Part shown: in pieces, positions 21,425 to 31,515 of the stretch
Position numbering within the stretch: position 1 is the first letter of the stretch
Layout of the letters: each line of letters begins with the position of its first letter
Assembly (NCBI GenBank): GCA_963837955.1
Contig: CAWIPH010000002.1
Location: 3,872,001-3,936,000 of the forward strand
From: an uncultured Verrucomicrobiae bacterium
Lineage (GTDB): Bacteria > Verrucomicrobiota > Verrucomicrobiia > Chthoniobacterales > JAFAMB01
Direction of reading: 5' to 3'
DNA: 64,000 bases
Notes under the pieces: generated by a model
What the model was told of the DNA's origin: nothing
Database searches by the model: none
Seen by the model: only the letters and a program-made list of their open reading frames with translations
Program-made: the position numbers and the translations under genes

Positions 21425-21666
21425 ATTCGCAAGGTCAATCGGCATCGCGTCTTGTCTCTCTCTGTTTTGTATGGAGGACCCCAGGAAATCCTTTAGCGCT
21501 GACCAGCCGCGGCCTGCTGGAATGCTCGAAAGTCCATCAGTTCCAATACCCTTTGAGACGATAACGAGCTAACGACTGGTTTAGTCGTGGCTTGATCTTC
21601 ACTAGTCCGGAACTGTGTAAGCAAGCTTGAGCAAAAACGCTCTAATCTAAGTTAATGATTTGTCGA

Positions 21667-21693
21667 TAGCGCTAACGGGTTTCGAACCCGTGA
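21667..21693 (-). other. tRNA 3'-end fragment (Glu-like), possible att scar
   Basis: Minus strand TCACGGGTTCGAAACCCGTTAGCGCTA = T-arm + acceptor half without a 5' half. Confidence 0.5.
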
Positions 21694-22608
21694 TTCGCCA
21701 AAGCACGCGTCCCCGTGGGCTAAACCGGACCCTGTTGGGCGGCGCCCACGGGCGGAGGGTCTCCCTTTTTAGCGGCAGCAAAGGCCTTAATCCGTTGCTC
21801 CTTCTTAAGGCGCCTTTTCCGATGCCTCAGGTTCACACGACCTTTGTAAGCTCCCATAATGTTTGGGAGCTTAATCCGATTTCTGAAAGTTGCCTAGAGA
21901 CGGTTTTTAGCCCGAGACGCTGTCGGCTCAAATTAGATTAAACAGGGGTTTGCACGTGAAACTTGATCGCGAATCCTTGGAAAATTTCAACGGTTCCTTA
22001 ATTACTGTCTCAGTCGAAACTTTCGGTTCTAAAAAACACTAACCCACATCGTCCTTGGTCGGATTGCTGAAATGCTTTAAGCCTACCGCATGATGAGTGT
22101 ATAGCTCTTTCGGGTGCGAGGTAATTGGCCCGGTCGGCTGATGGCGATGCCAAGAGTGCCAGGTTACTTTCAGTCAATTCGTATGACCTGGCTTGCGCAG
22201 CTCTCCTTCTTTTTCATGCTATAGGGCATCGTTGATACGATGTACACGGCATTGCGAAAGTAGACGAGTAGACAGCACAGCCACCGACGGATTTTGACCC
22301 GGGAGCGTTCGGAAGGTTTCATCCGATCGAAGGATTCAAATAAAAAGGGGCACGTCTAAATATTCAACACACCATTGCCATATGTGTTGAAAGCAGACTC
22401 GACCCTATTCGGGGTTGTCCTTGCGCTAGACCTTTGAGTTAACTGCCCCGAGCGTTCCACGCCCCCGAGAGTGCTTTCTGATCGCTTTCGCGCTTCGCAC
22501 CTGTCGCTACACTTGATTGTACTAACACGCGGGCTGTCAATACGTACAATGACGCATAGCAACATATATTCAAATGCGCTAATGATACGATCGGAGTTCG
22601 GCGCTTTG

Positions 22609-23132
22609 ATGTCGAAAGTCCCGATGTACTATCCCCGCTTTTCTTTCAAACGTTCCGGGGCTGATCTCCCCCTGCAGTCGTTAGCTCCCGTCTTTAGCAA
22701 TCTAGAGTCAGTGCTTTGCAGGCTAGGGGCAGATCAACCTCACGAACACACATTCATCTTCCAAAAGGAGGCAAATTGGGCCCGACTAACAAAAACATAA
22801 ACGATGCGCTCGCCGCTATATCGAAGCGTCTGGGTGCTGGCGTCGTTGTCCCGGACACAAGCCGAAACCAGTTAATCGAATCCTTCGCCCAACTTGCGCC
22901 GGCCATCAACGTATTCCTTGGCATCATTGCCTACGCCGGTTCGAGCGCAGACGGCCAAAATGCAGTTCAGTTCAACGATCAATCGACAAATACAGGCTAT
23001 GCTTCGACTTGGCCGCAGTGGGCTTTCGACCTAGCAAAAGCTGCACTCCTGAGCAGCAAGAGGGTCTTGATCATTGCCAATGGGCAACCGTTCGGCAGCA
23101 ATCTTGCATCAGTGCTGATCTACGATTTTTAA
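22609..23132 (+). pseudogene. hypothetical protein, possibly frameshifted
   Basis: Two overlapping frames (22609-22800 and 22716-23132); the second has protein-like composition but a weak start. Confidence 0.35.
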
Positions 23133-23230
23133 TTGTAAATCAGCAGAGATCAGTCGGCAGATCTCGTCAGCTTCGATCCTGGACAGATCTGTTCGTGTTC
23201 CACCCGACTCCTTTTGCACGGTGAGTCGAG

Positions 23231-23554
23231 ATGGGAATCACATTAAACGGAGCGCCACCCATTGAACTGACCGTCCTTCCCGAATCGCTTCGGTGTGGCG
23301 TTGTTTTCGGGTCCGGATCGGTCATTGCCGTCAAACGCTTCCCTGAGAATGGAAAATGGGGAGAAGGTTCGCATATCCAGCGCGATATTGACGGCCCATT
23401 ACCCAGAGTGGATAGTAACGCAGGTATGGGGCCTCTTGTTACGATTTGGGGTGGTCGTCCGGATTTTTGGAAATTGAGACATGCGCTTTGGCTGCTCTTG
23501 GCCATCACGTCGCTTATCTTGATGGCGATCACTAACATTCTCAAATACTCCTGA
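23231..23554 (+). CDS. hypothetical protein with C-terminal TM
   Basis: ATG ORF; hydrophobic tail. Confidence 0.4.
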   Translation: MGITLNGAPPIELTVLPESLRCGVVFGSGSVIAVKRFPENGKWGEGSHIQRDIDGPLPRVDSNAGMGPLVTIWGGRPDFWKLRHALWLLLAITSLILMAITNILKYS

Positions 23555-23627
23555 AGGGGTCACGTTCAAATACTCAACACAATCGTCATAAGTGTTGAAC
23601 CTTACCTATATTCTCCATTCAACATTC

Positions 23628-24062
23628 ATGATCCAGGAAATTGGAAATCGCGATAGCAAACCGACCTGTCGAGTGGTCGCCGCTCAGCCGGAATTCACTG
23701 GCAGGCAAGCCCTCTTGTACGCGCCGGGAATCTCGGCGGAATCGGTGGGTGCGGAGAAAATCCACTTGCAGATTGTGACCATCCCGCCCGGCGCACGAGC
23801 GAACACGCACAAGCATGAGGGCCACGAGAGTGCCATCTATGTCTTGAGCGGTGAATCGGGCATGTGGTATGGCGAGAAGCTCGAAGAACATCTCTGCGCT
23901 CGGGCCGGCGAATTCCTCTACATCCCTGCTAATATGCCCCACCTCCCCCACAATCTCAGCGATACGGAAAACTGCGTCGCGCTCATTGCACGCACGGATC
24001 CCAACGAGCAAGAGAGCGTCGTATTGCTGCCCGAGCTAGACCGAATCCACGCCAAAGAATGA
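23628..24062 (+). CDS. cupin domain protein
   Basis: HKHEGHESAIY...GEFLYIPANMPH; ARTDPNEQES. Confidence 0.9.
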   Translation: MIQEIGNRDSKPTCRVVAAQPEFTGRQALLYAPGISAESVGAEKIHLQIVTIPPGARANTHKHEGHESAIYVLSGESGMWYGEKLEEHLCARAGEFLYIPANMPHLPHNLSDTENCVALIARTDPNEQESVVLLPELDRIHAKE

Positions 24063-24208
24063 GGAAGGAGAATGCGGACGTCCGCATCGCACCTCCTAAA
24101 TTCTAAATTCTAGCTTCTGGCTTCCGCATTCGAGACCAAGCTTGCCTAGCCGATCGAAAATCCCCCGATCTGTCCGCAATTGAGACTGGAAACCGCGTCT
24201 CATCTAAG

Positions 24209-24712
24209 ATGACGACCATCCGGAAGCTTCCGTTCGTTCGTGGTGCGCTCACGGTTCTATTGCTCTTCACCGCCGCCTCGCTATTGCTCTTGGTACTGAG
24301 TGCTTCCATCGACGCAAAATACCGGGAAACGGTCTTGCACTCGGCCCGATTTAAGCCGGTACTGACGATTGAGGCGCTTCCGAGTGACGTGCGAGCCGTG
24401 TGCTTTCCGCACATGCCGGTTGCGAACCCGAAAGAATATTGGAGCATAGGCTGCGGTCCCAAATCACCCGACTCGCCGTCCGCCCGTCTGGCCTGGGCCG
24501 TAACCGATGGTGAACTCTGGTTGGTGGAATGGGAACGCGGTGGAATCTATTATGACTGGGATGTGGCGCTGTTCAGCAAAAAATTCGGCGCCAAAGCCGA
24601 GGTGGTTTGGGGAAGAACCATGAACCAATCCGGCAGTACGCATCCCCGCCAGAAAATACCGTTTCAGACTTTTGAGGAATTCAAAAACTCGCTCCGCCAG
24701 ACCGCGTCATAA
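24209..24712 (+). CDS. hypothetical exported protein
   Basis: N-terminal hydrophobic segment; W.VEWERGG. Confidence 0.6.
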   Translation: MTTIRKLPFVRGALTVLLLFTAASLLLLVLSASIDAKYRETVLHSARFKPVLTIEALPSDVRAVCFPHMPVANPKEYWSIGCGPKSPDSPSARLAWAVTDGELWLVEWERGGIYYDWDVALFSKKFGAKAEVVWGRTMNQSGSTHPRQKIPFQTFEEFKNSLRQTAS

Positions 24713-24802
24713 GCTTGGCGATCTCGCGCGAAACGGTTCGAGGACTCGGCCTCCCCGATTCTAATTTCCAACTTTCTAGATTCTAGATTCCGCATTCTGG
24801 GC

Positions 24803-25381
24803 TCATGCCGTACTCCAATAAATCGCGTAGCTAACCACCCAGAATGCGAGCCAGAGTGCTGCGGTGAGGCGTTGATGATTTCGAATCCAGCGTTTGAGGA
24901 ACCATCCCAGAAAAGTTGGGACCAGCCAGCTGAGAGCCACTCGTTCTAGTCGCGCCAAAACACTAACCAATGCCCACATACCCGGGGTGGTGATCGGTGG
25001 CGCGAGAACCGCATACACTTTGTACGGAATACCAGTACCAAGAGTGTAAAATATTCCGGTAACTCCGTGGCTCCGATAATCGTCCTGCACCTTATCGAAC
25101 ATTCTGGCTCGAACAAAGGGCACGGAAGCAACCGCGGAATGGGCCGCGTTCGGCTGCCAGACAGCCCACATATACATGCAAAGACCAGCTAGGACAGCGC
25201 CCGCCAGAATCGATCCGAGAATTTTGATCCCGCATTTAGCGCTGGCCAGCGAGGCCCAACTAAGCACGAGATCGGGGACAATGAAAAAGAGCGTCCCCTC
25301 GGCGAAACCCCACAGAAACCCCAACCACCATCCCGGGCACCATAACCCGGTGGCTGAGGATATTTTGGCTGGTTGGGCCAT
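24803..25381 (-). CDS. YqaA/DedA-like membrane protein
   Basis: WGFAEGTLFFIVPD, GIPYKVYA. Confidence 0.75.
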   Translation of the reverse strand: MAQPAKISSATGLWCPGWWLGFLWGFAEGTLFFIVPDLVLSWASLASAKCGIKILGSILAGAVLAGLCMYMWAVWQPNAAHSAVASVPFVRARMFDKVQDDYRSHGVTGIFYTLGTGIPYKVYAVLAPPITTPGMWALVSVLARLERVALSWLVPTFLGWFLKRWIRNHQRLTAALWLAFWVVSYAIYWSTA

Positions 25382-25391
25382 GCTTACATCA

Positions 25392-25625
25392 CTATTGGGG
25401 AGTGGTCGATGGCCTTTCCAGGTGGGTTGCAGGGGTTGGCATCGGCTTCGGCCACAGGTGCAGCCTTCCGCTGAGTAGCGCGGGAAGCAGGCCTGGGTTT
25501 CGCGCGGCCAAGCCGCCCGCGAAAAACACGCTAGCCACGAAGAGCAAGAGCGCTCCAAGTCCGATCAAGTTCCAAATTTTGCCGCCCTTCCGTGTACCCG
25601 GCCTATACAAGTTGTCCTCTCCCAT
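25392..25625 (-). CDS. small single-TM protein
   Basis: ATG start, TM helix, ends 10 bp upstream of next gene. Confidence 0.55.
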   Translation of the reverse strand: MGEDNLYRPGTRKGGKIWNLIGLGALLLFVASVFFAGGLAARNPGLLPALLSGRLHLWPKPMPTPATHLERPSTTPQ

Positions 25626-25740
25626 CTCCGGCCTGCGACTCTAGATTTGGAACCCGAAAAGCCAAGTCAATTCGCCCCTTCATGACAGGGTCAGGACGAC
25701 ACTCGCGGCACAAGGGATCCTTGATTCGCCGCTGAATTGC

Positions 25741-25762
25741 GGAGGCTGGAGCATCCGCCTAC
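25741..25762 (-). repeat. solo family A REP
   Basis: Minus strand GTAGGCGGATGCTCCAGCCTCC. Confidence 0.6.
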
Positions 25763-25813
25763 GTGGCAACCGGCCATAACCGAACTGCCGCGAGATCGTT
25801 CTCCGCTCTTCCG

Positions 25814-26545
25814 CTAGCCAGCGTGCAGCGTTTGCCGGCCCAGAAACTCTTCGTGATGCCGCAAAACTGCTTGCTCTAGAACCTCTACGGCCCGAGCGAA
25901 ACCTAGTCTGCCGGTATTGAGCACCAAGTCATAAAGCAAAGGGTCATCGACATCAGCGTCAAAGTAGCGTCGCAAATATCGGCGCCGCGCGTGATCCGAC
26001 TCCTTAATCAGTTTAGCCGCGTCTGCCGTCGTGAGATTATAATATTGAGCGGTATGATGGATTCGCTTCTCCAGTGGCGCGACTAAACGGGCATGGAAAA
26101 CATACGGCAACCGGTTCGTGATAACTTCGGCGCCTCGACCTACTAAGACGACGCGGCCTAACCCGGCCAAACGAAGGATAGTTTTGGTCGTTTGCTGAGC
26201 CAGTGTCCACGCTGTCGGATGAAGACCCAACAACTCCTCGACGATCGTTTCGACTGGGAGCCGCGCGTCTTCAACCATGAATTGCTCCAGATTCGGCGGA
26301 AGTTCATGATCCACCAAGACTTGTTTCGCTAAGTTGCGATCAAAAACCGTCCAACCTGTACTCCCCTCAGGCGGTTTAGCGGCTACATTCAACCGCTCAA
26401 CTAACATCTGCGCGATGGTAACCGCTCCGGCTCCGGCTTCGCGGGAGATCGTAATTGACGGTTGCTGCGGTTCCAGAGGTCTCTCTGGGGCGGCTGCTTG
26501 GGACTGGAGGTAGCCGCTAAATGCTTTCAGAGGTGAAACTCGCAT
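25814..26545 (-). CDS. cytidylate kinase-like family protein
   Basis: ITISREAGAG, VVLVGRGA, D.ARRRY, LYDLVLNT. Confidence 0.88.
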   Translation of the reverse strand: MRVSPLKAFSGYLQSQAAAPERPLEPQQPSITISREAGAGAVTIAQMLVERLNVAAKPPEGSTGWTVFDRNLAKQVLVDHELPPNLEQFMVEDARLPVETIVEELLGLHPTAWTLAQQTTKTILRLAGLGRVVLVGRGAEVITNRLPYVFHARLVAPLEKRIHHTAQYYNLTTADAAKLIKESDHARRRYLRRYFDADVDDPLLYDLVLNTGRLGFARAVEVLEQAVLRHHEEFLGRQTLHAG

Positions 26546-26730
26546 ATGCCGGCTCTCTACTTTCGATCTAAACAGAGAAAAAACGAGCAATTTTCATTAG
26601 GAATCGTCTCTTCATTTTCAGGTTTGATTTTGCAGCCGGCCTAGTGCTGGAGCGTTGCGAATTCCGTGAAGATTTTGGCGTGCAGGAACAAGACTAGACG
26701 ATAGACTCGCGACGAACCACCGAACCGATT

Positions 26731-28668
26731 ATGGCTCTGCTCGACTATATTCTCGGCCGCCCACTCGCTTCCAGCGAAGATCAACAAGAACGCATCGGAC
26801 CGCTCGCCGGAGTTTCCGTCTTTGGATTGGATGCACTCAGCTCCGCTGCTTACGGACCCGAGGCGGCTCTCACTATCTTGATTCCCCTCGGAGTCGCTGG
26901 GGTCCACTATGGCCTGGATATTACCATTGCCGTTTCCGTTATTCTCATCATCGTCTATTTCAGTTATCGGCAAACGATTGCGGCGTATCCTCAAGGCGCC
27001 GGATCCTACACGGTGGCAAAACAAAATTTGGGGAAACATGCCGGCTTATGGGCCGCCGTAGCCCTGCTGGTCGATTATACGCTCAACGTCGCGGTCGGCA
27101 TTTCGGCTGGAATCGGCGCATTGACCTCGGCGTTCCCGATCTTACAACCGTATACCTTGATCCTTTGTTTGGCTGCCCTCGTTTTCCTGGCATTCTTGAA
27201 TTTGCGTGGTCTGCGCGAATCCGGATTGGCTTTCATGCCGCCCACCTACCTTTTCGTGGGCTGCCTTTTGCTTGTTTGTCTCGTCGGGATTGTAAAAACG
27301 ATTGTCTATGGGGGGCACCCGCAGGCGGTTGTGGCGCCGCCGGTCGTTCCCCAGGCGGCGCAAGCTTCGATTTCAATTTGGCTTTTCCTAAAAGCTTTTG
27401 CTGCCGGTTGCACCGCAATGACTGGGGTCGAGGCGGTGAGCAATGGCGTTCCGGTATTCAAGGACCCATCGGTGAGGTCGGCTCGTCTGACTCTAACCTT
27501 TATCGTAGCGACCCTGATCGTCCTGTTGCTCGGGATCGCTTACCTGGTGGCCGCGTATCGCATCGTCGCTACTGATCCCGGCTCGCCCAATTATCAAAGC
27601 ATTCTTTCTCTCGTCACGGCAGCCGTCGTCGGACGTGGCGTGTTTTACTACGTCACCATGGTCGCGATTCTGTTGGTGCTTTGCCTGTCGGCAAACACGT
27701 CCTTCGCCGATTTTCCGCGCGTTTGCCGGACCGTTTCGATCGATGGATTTCTACCGGCTTCGTTCGGGGTTCGTGGCCGGCGCCTGGTCTACACGCAGGG
27801 CATTCTTTTGCTGACTGTGTTAGCCGGTACACTGCTTTTCGCGTTCAACGGAGTCACCGATAGACTCATTCCCTTATTCGCTGTCGGCGCCTTCTTGGCG
27901 TTCACCCTCTCTCAGGCCGGGATGGTCGTGCACTGGCTGAAATCGCAAGAACCCCGTGCGCGATTGAGCGCTACCGTCAACGGGATTGGCGCCTTAGCCA
28001 CCGGCATTACGCTCATCATCGTCATCGTGACAAAATTTGCCGAGGGAGCTTGGCTAGTCTTGATCGTGCTCCCGCTCTTGTATTTCTGCATGCATGCGAT
28101 CGAACGGCACTATCAACAGGTCGCCGCTGAGATTGCTATCTCCGGTCCTATCTCGTTGCGGGAGCCTAGCTCTTTGATCGCGGTCGTTCCTCTCGATCAT
28201 CTTAACACTGTCGCCGCGCGAGCCCTGCAAGCAGCATTCGCTGTCTCCGAACTAGTGCATGTCGTTCACGTCGAGCATGAGGATGGGGACCAAGACTTTG
28301 CTGCCGATTGGGATAAATATGTCAAACCTTCGATCGAACAGAGCGGCTTAACCGAGCCTAAAGTCGTGGTTCTGAAGTCACCCTATCGCAAAATCGTCGC
28401 TCCGACGTTGAATTATATTTGGAACCTGGAACGAGAAAATCCGGACAATTCAATCGTTGTTCTGATTCCTCAACTGGTCGAATCGCATTGGTACTACAGC
28501 TTTTTGCATAATCAGCGAGCAGCAATCCTTCGCACCGTCTTGCTATTGAAGGGACGGAATCGGATTCTGATCATGGATGTGCCATGGCATCTGGAATGCC
28601 AAACGCAAACACGCGGACATCATCGCATGGAACCGTGGGATCAAGCCCCAGCTTGGCTGGACAGGTAG
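26731..28668 (+). CDS. APC family permease, KimA/YdaO-like K+ transporter
   Basis: GLDALSSAAYGPE, SYRQTIAAYP, TGVEAVSNGV, LIPLFAVG, SPYR, LHNQ. Confidence 0.92.
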   Translation: MALLDYILGRPLASSEDQQERIGPLAGVSVFGLDALSSAAYGPEAALTILIPLGVAGVHYGLDITIAVSVILIIVYFSYRQTIAAYPQGAGSYTVAKQNLGKHAGLWAAVALLVDYTLNVAVGISAGIGALTSAFPILQPYTLILCLAALVFLAFLNLRGLRESGLAFMPPTYLFVGCLLLVCLVGIVKTIVYGGHPQAVVAPPVVPQAAQASISIWLFLKAFAAGCTAMTGVEAVSNGVPVFKDPSVRSARLTLTFIVATLIVLLLGIAYLVAAYRIVATDPGSPNYQSILSLVTAAVVGRGVFYYVTMVAILLVLCLSANTSFADFPRVCRTVSIDGFLPASFGVRGRRLVYTQGILLLTVLAGTLLFAFNGVTDRLIPLFAVGAFLAFTLSQAGMVVHWLKSQEPRARLSATVNGIGALATGITLIIVIVTKFAEGAWLVLIVLPLLYFCMHAIERHYQQVAAEIAISGPISLREPSSLIAVVPLDHLNTVAARALQAAFAVSELVHVVHVEHEDGDQDFAADWDKYVKPSIEQSGLTEPKVVVLKSPYRKIVAPTLNYIWNLERENPDNSIVVLIPQLVESHWYYSFLHNQRAAILRTVLLLKGRNRILIMDVPWHLECQTQTRGHHRMEPWDQAPAWLDR

Positions 28669-29035
28669 GGGAACGCCGGGAGCGCCGTCATCGCCGGGAA
28701 CGCCGGGAACGGTGAGAAGTGAGAGGGAGAACGCCGTCGTCGCCGCGAACGTCCTCCATTCGGCGCGGCGGGAGCCTTGCCTACCGTTTTGCATCTCTCG
28801 CATTCGGTATTCCCACCTACCTCTCACCGTTCACCTCTCACCGTTCACCCGTTCGCGGCGTTCCCGGCGCTGACGGCGTTCCCGGCGTTGTCGGCGCTCC
28901 CGGCGTTGTCGGCGCTCCCGGCGTTCCCGGCGTTCCCGGCGTTCCCGGCGTTCCCGGCGTTCCCGGCGTTCCCGGCGTTCCCGGCGTTCCCGGCGTTGTC
29001 GGCGCTCCCGGCGTTCCCGGCGATGTCGGCGTTTC
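28668..29035. repeat. inverted-arm element with expanded 9-bp tandem repeat (CCGGCGTTC)n
   Basis: GGGAACGCC units at 28668-28712 inverted relative to the array at 28855-29030; heptamer repeats between. Confidence 0.88.
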
Positions 29036-29152
29036 TGCGGCGTTCTCCAACTTCGCTCCGTCGTCTGAAACTCCGGCAGGCTTCGTCGGACAAGCCGGCG
29101 CTCCTCCGTTATTCCCGGTTGAGTGACGGACCGATCCGTGCATCATCTACGC

Positions 29153-30022
29153 ATGCAAGGCAGCCAGGAATTCAGTGAAGAAGACCTCAAATATCAAAGA
29201 TCCATAAGACGCAAGATCATCTGGCGACTTATTGTTTTCCTAGGGGGAGGCGGACTCGTCTTGATTCTAGCAGTGCTTCTGATCGCCAACCCCGGCCTGC
29301 TCTCCCGCCCGATGGAATATCTTCAAGCCTTGAGCCAGGGAAAATCGACTCAACCGCAGGCCCAGGCCAGCACTTCTTCTACTCCAACCGGCAGAAGGTC
29401 TCTCGACACGGCCGACGATTATCTCGCTCTGATAAGCGCCGACGCGTCAACCCTATCGAAGGACCAAGCTGAACTCGTTCAATTGTTTAACGAAGCGCTG
29501 AATCGCCTGACGATGATCGACAGAAGCGAAGCGAACTCGAAAGCCACGGCGGGCCCAATTATCCTGCAAAACATTACTAACGCGCAGAGCAAGGAAGACT
29601 TCGACAAGATCCGAGCAGCGGCCGACGCATTGAAAACAGCAGCAACTAGAGATTTGAATTCTCTGCAGACGTTCGAGAAGGATATAGCGGTACCTCTCGA
29701 GAGTGCTGGCGCAAAGCCTCCGATGAATGCTCAGGTGGCCGCTGCTCTTGCCAACAAAGCAAACGTCCCGGATAAGATACAGAGCGCGAATACTATCAGT
29801 ACGTTTGCCGACGTCACTAAAAGCTATTGCGATTTCCTAGAGAAAAACCGCGACGACTGGTCATTTAAGGGACAGGGCCGAGCGTTCAAAGATAGGAAAA
29901 CACTCGACGAGGCGATCGTAATCGGCAAACAGTTTACTCAAACCGCCATGGACGCGGGCTTTCGTTTTGCCGTAGCCGAAGGCTCTCCTTCCGCTTCTCC
30001 CTCCCCAGAAACGAACCAATAG
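29153..30022 (+). CDS. hypothetical membrane-anchored helical protein
   Basis: About 290 aa ORF, one N-terminal TM. Confidence 0.7.
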   Translation: MQGSQEFSEEDLKYQRSIRRKIIWRLIVFLGGGGLVLILAVLLIANPGLLSRPMEYLQALSQGKSTQPQAQASTSSTPTGRRSLDTADDYLALISADASTLSKDQAELVQLFNEALNRLTMIDRSEANSKATAGPIILQNITNAQSKEDFDKIRAAADALKTAATRDLNSLQTFEKDIAVPLESAGAKPPMNAQVAAALANKANVPDKIQSANTISTFADVTKSYCDFLEKNRDDWSFKGQGRAFKDRKTLDEAIVIGKQFTQTAMDAGFRFAVAEGSPSASPSPETNQ

Positions 30023-30119
30023 CGATTAGGCAGAATCCAATTATTTATATAAGATTGCGGTCGGGACGAAGCGCTCTCCGAAACCGTCGAGAGCGTATCC
30101 TGGGATTACACCGACCGTA

Positions 30120-30262
30120 ATCGACCGTTTCCTGGGATAGTGGAGCGATGAAGCTAACCGACGCTCCACCATCAACCACGTCGCGCAGAATTTCAGCGAA
30201 GGCAGCTCGATGCCGAGAGAAATCGGCGGGCGAGGATCGTTGTACGAGAACGGCTGTCACGT
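30120..30262 (-). pseudogene. N-terminal fragment of GNAT acetyltransferase
   Basis: AEILRDVVDGGASVSFIAPLS motif, then loss of similarity. Confidence 0.6.
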
Positions 30263-30511
30263 TCCAATCTTTGTAAAGTCTTGGCACCAGAACCGCAAGT
30301 CACACTGAACATTGAATCCAGACCAGGACTTTGCGTCTAAAATCTGAGAGACAGACTGCAAAATGCAAGAAATCCGAGGGGCTGACACTTTGAGCTGGTC
30401 CGAATCGTTTCTTTAGTTAATTAGATGATGCGACGGCACACCGCTATCCGGCTAACTGACTTAAGGGCTGGCTGAGACAGAGAACCCTCGATCGAATCTG
30501 CTTTTACCACA

Positions 30512-31222
30512 ATGGATGTAGGCCTATTGCTGAATCAGGTGTTCCGCGCGATCTCGGACCTAAGTTCCAGATTTTCTCCGTCTGCGTGGCTGTTGTCTGC
30601 CAGTTCAGCATTCGCGGCTCTCATCGCGGTGACCGGAGCCTTATTAGCAGCGCGATCCGCCTATCGGAGCGCAAGTAAAATCCAGTTTGAAGAAGCGGAA
30701 CTCCATCGATTGCGCGTGCGCGCCGCCGAGCGCGAGCGAGTAATTGGTGTCTTGCACGCCATCCGCGAGGAATTGATCCAACTTTGGTTGATGATGGCTG
30801 AGGATATCGCCAGACCGATCGAAACGCTGGATCCAAAGAGGAAGCTCCTACCTTATTGGCCCTGCTACCAAAGTTATTTCAGTATCTTTGATGCAAACGC
30901 CGCGGAAATTGGCCTGGTTGAAAATGAAACGCTTCGCACCAGCCTGGTGCGAACCTTCATGCTGGCCAAGCGCTTGATCGACCAATACCAAAACTACAAT
31001 CGGATCGAGGACAAGATGAGCGCACGGACCTCTCAGCCACTCGGAATTCCCGCGGATACCACCTACGCCAGGCACGCGGGCGCGTTTGCGCTGGTAGCCA
31101 CCTACCAATCACTGAAAACAAGCGTAGAACAATCGCGAAACCTTTTGGATGCAGAGCTCGGACTGAAAAGGCAACCGCTACCGTTTATCGATACTCCGGG
31201 AGTAACGGAGAACGGTTCGTAG
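30512..31222 (+). CDS. hypothetical protein, N-terminal TM
   Basis: 236 aa ORF; YFSIFDANAAEIG. Confidence 0.7.
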   Translation: MDVGLLLNQVFRAISDLSSRFSPSAWLLSASSAFAALIAVTGALLAARSAYRSASKIQFEEAELHRLRVRAAERERVIGVLHAIREELIQLWLMMAEDIARPIETLDPKRKLLPYWPCYQSYFSIFDANAAEIGLVENETLRTSLVRTFMLAKRLIDQYQNYNRIEDKMSARTSQPLGIPADTTYARHAGAFALVATYQSLKTSVEQSRNLLDAELGLKRQPLPFIDTPGVTENGS

Positions 31223-31226
31223 GCTC

Positions 31227-31474
31227 GTAGCCTGATGCTCCAGCCTCAGGGAGCAGGTCACTGACTAGTGAGAGGACCGATTGTTATTCACCGTTCACCA
31301 ATCACTTCTCACCAAGCACATCTCACCGATCGCCGCGCCCTTAGATTCCTGAGTCAGGAGGATCAGGCTACCGCTAATGATCGCCGCGCCCTTAGATTCC
31401 TGAGCCAGGAGGATCAGGCTACCGCTAATGATCGCCGTGCCCTTGAGATTCCTGAGCCAGGAGAATCAGGCTAC
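31227..31474. repeat. family A REP doublet plus two extra tandem 51-52 bp arms
   Basis: 31227-31371 is a reverse-complement relative of 4527-4672; right arm repeated at 31372-31422 and 31423-31474. Confidence 0.85.
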
Positions 31475-31515
31475 CGCTTGTGTCTGTCGTTCTTTCGCGC
31501 ACTTTTGCCTTCCTC

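Noticed and set aside
20018..21445. 857-aa minus-strand ORF as a single protein
   Set aside because: N-terminal about 475 aa is the antisense shadow of the MFS gene; only the C-terminal channel part has recognisable motifs
26590..26730. c-di-AMP (ydaO) riboswitch upstream of KimA-like gene
   Set aside because: Consensus elements not recognisable; short divergent intergenic region
28719..29178. Collagen-like or PGV/PAF repeat proteins
   Set aside because: Several frames on both strands are open because of the 9-bp DNA repeat; no RBS or domain evidence
30460..30510. TPP riboswitch (GGCTGAGA...ACCC)
   Set aside because: Lacks the CTGAT...AATAC...GCGTAGGGA half
31327..31474. CRISPR array
   Set aside because: Spacer-less 51-bp tandem copies of a REP arm
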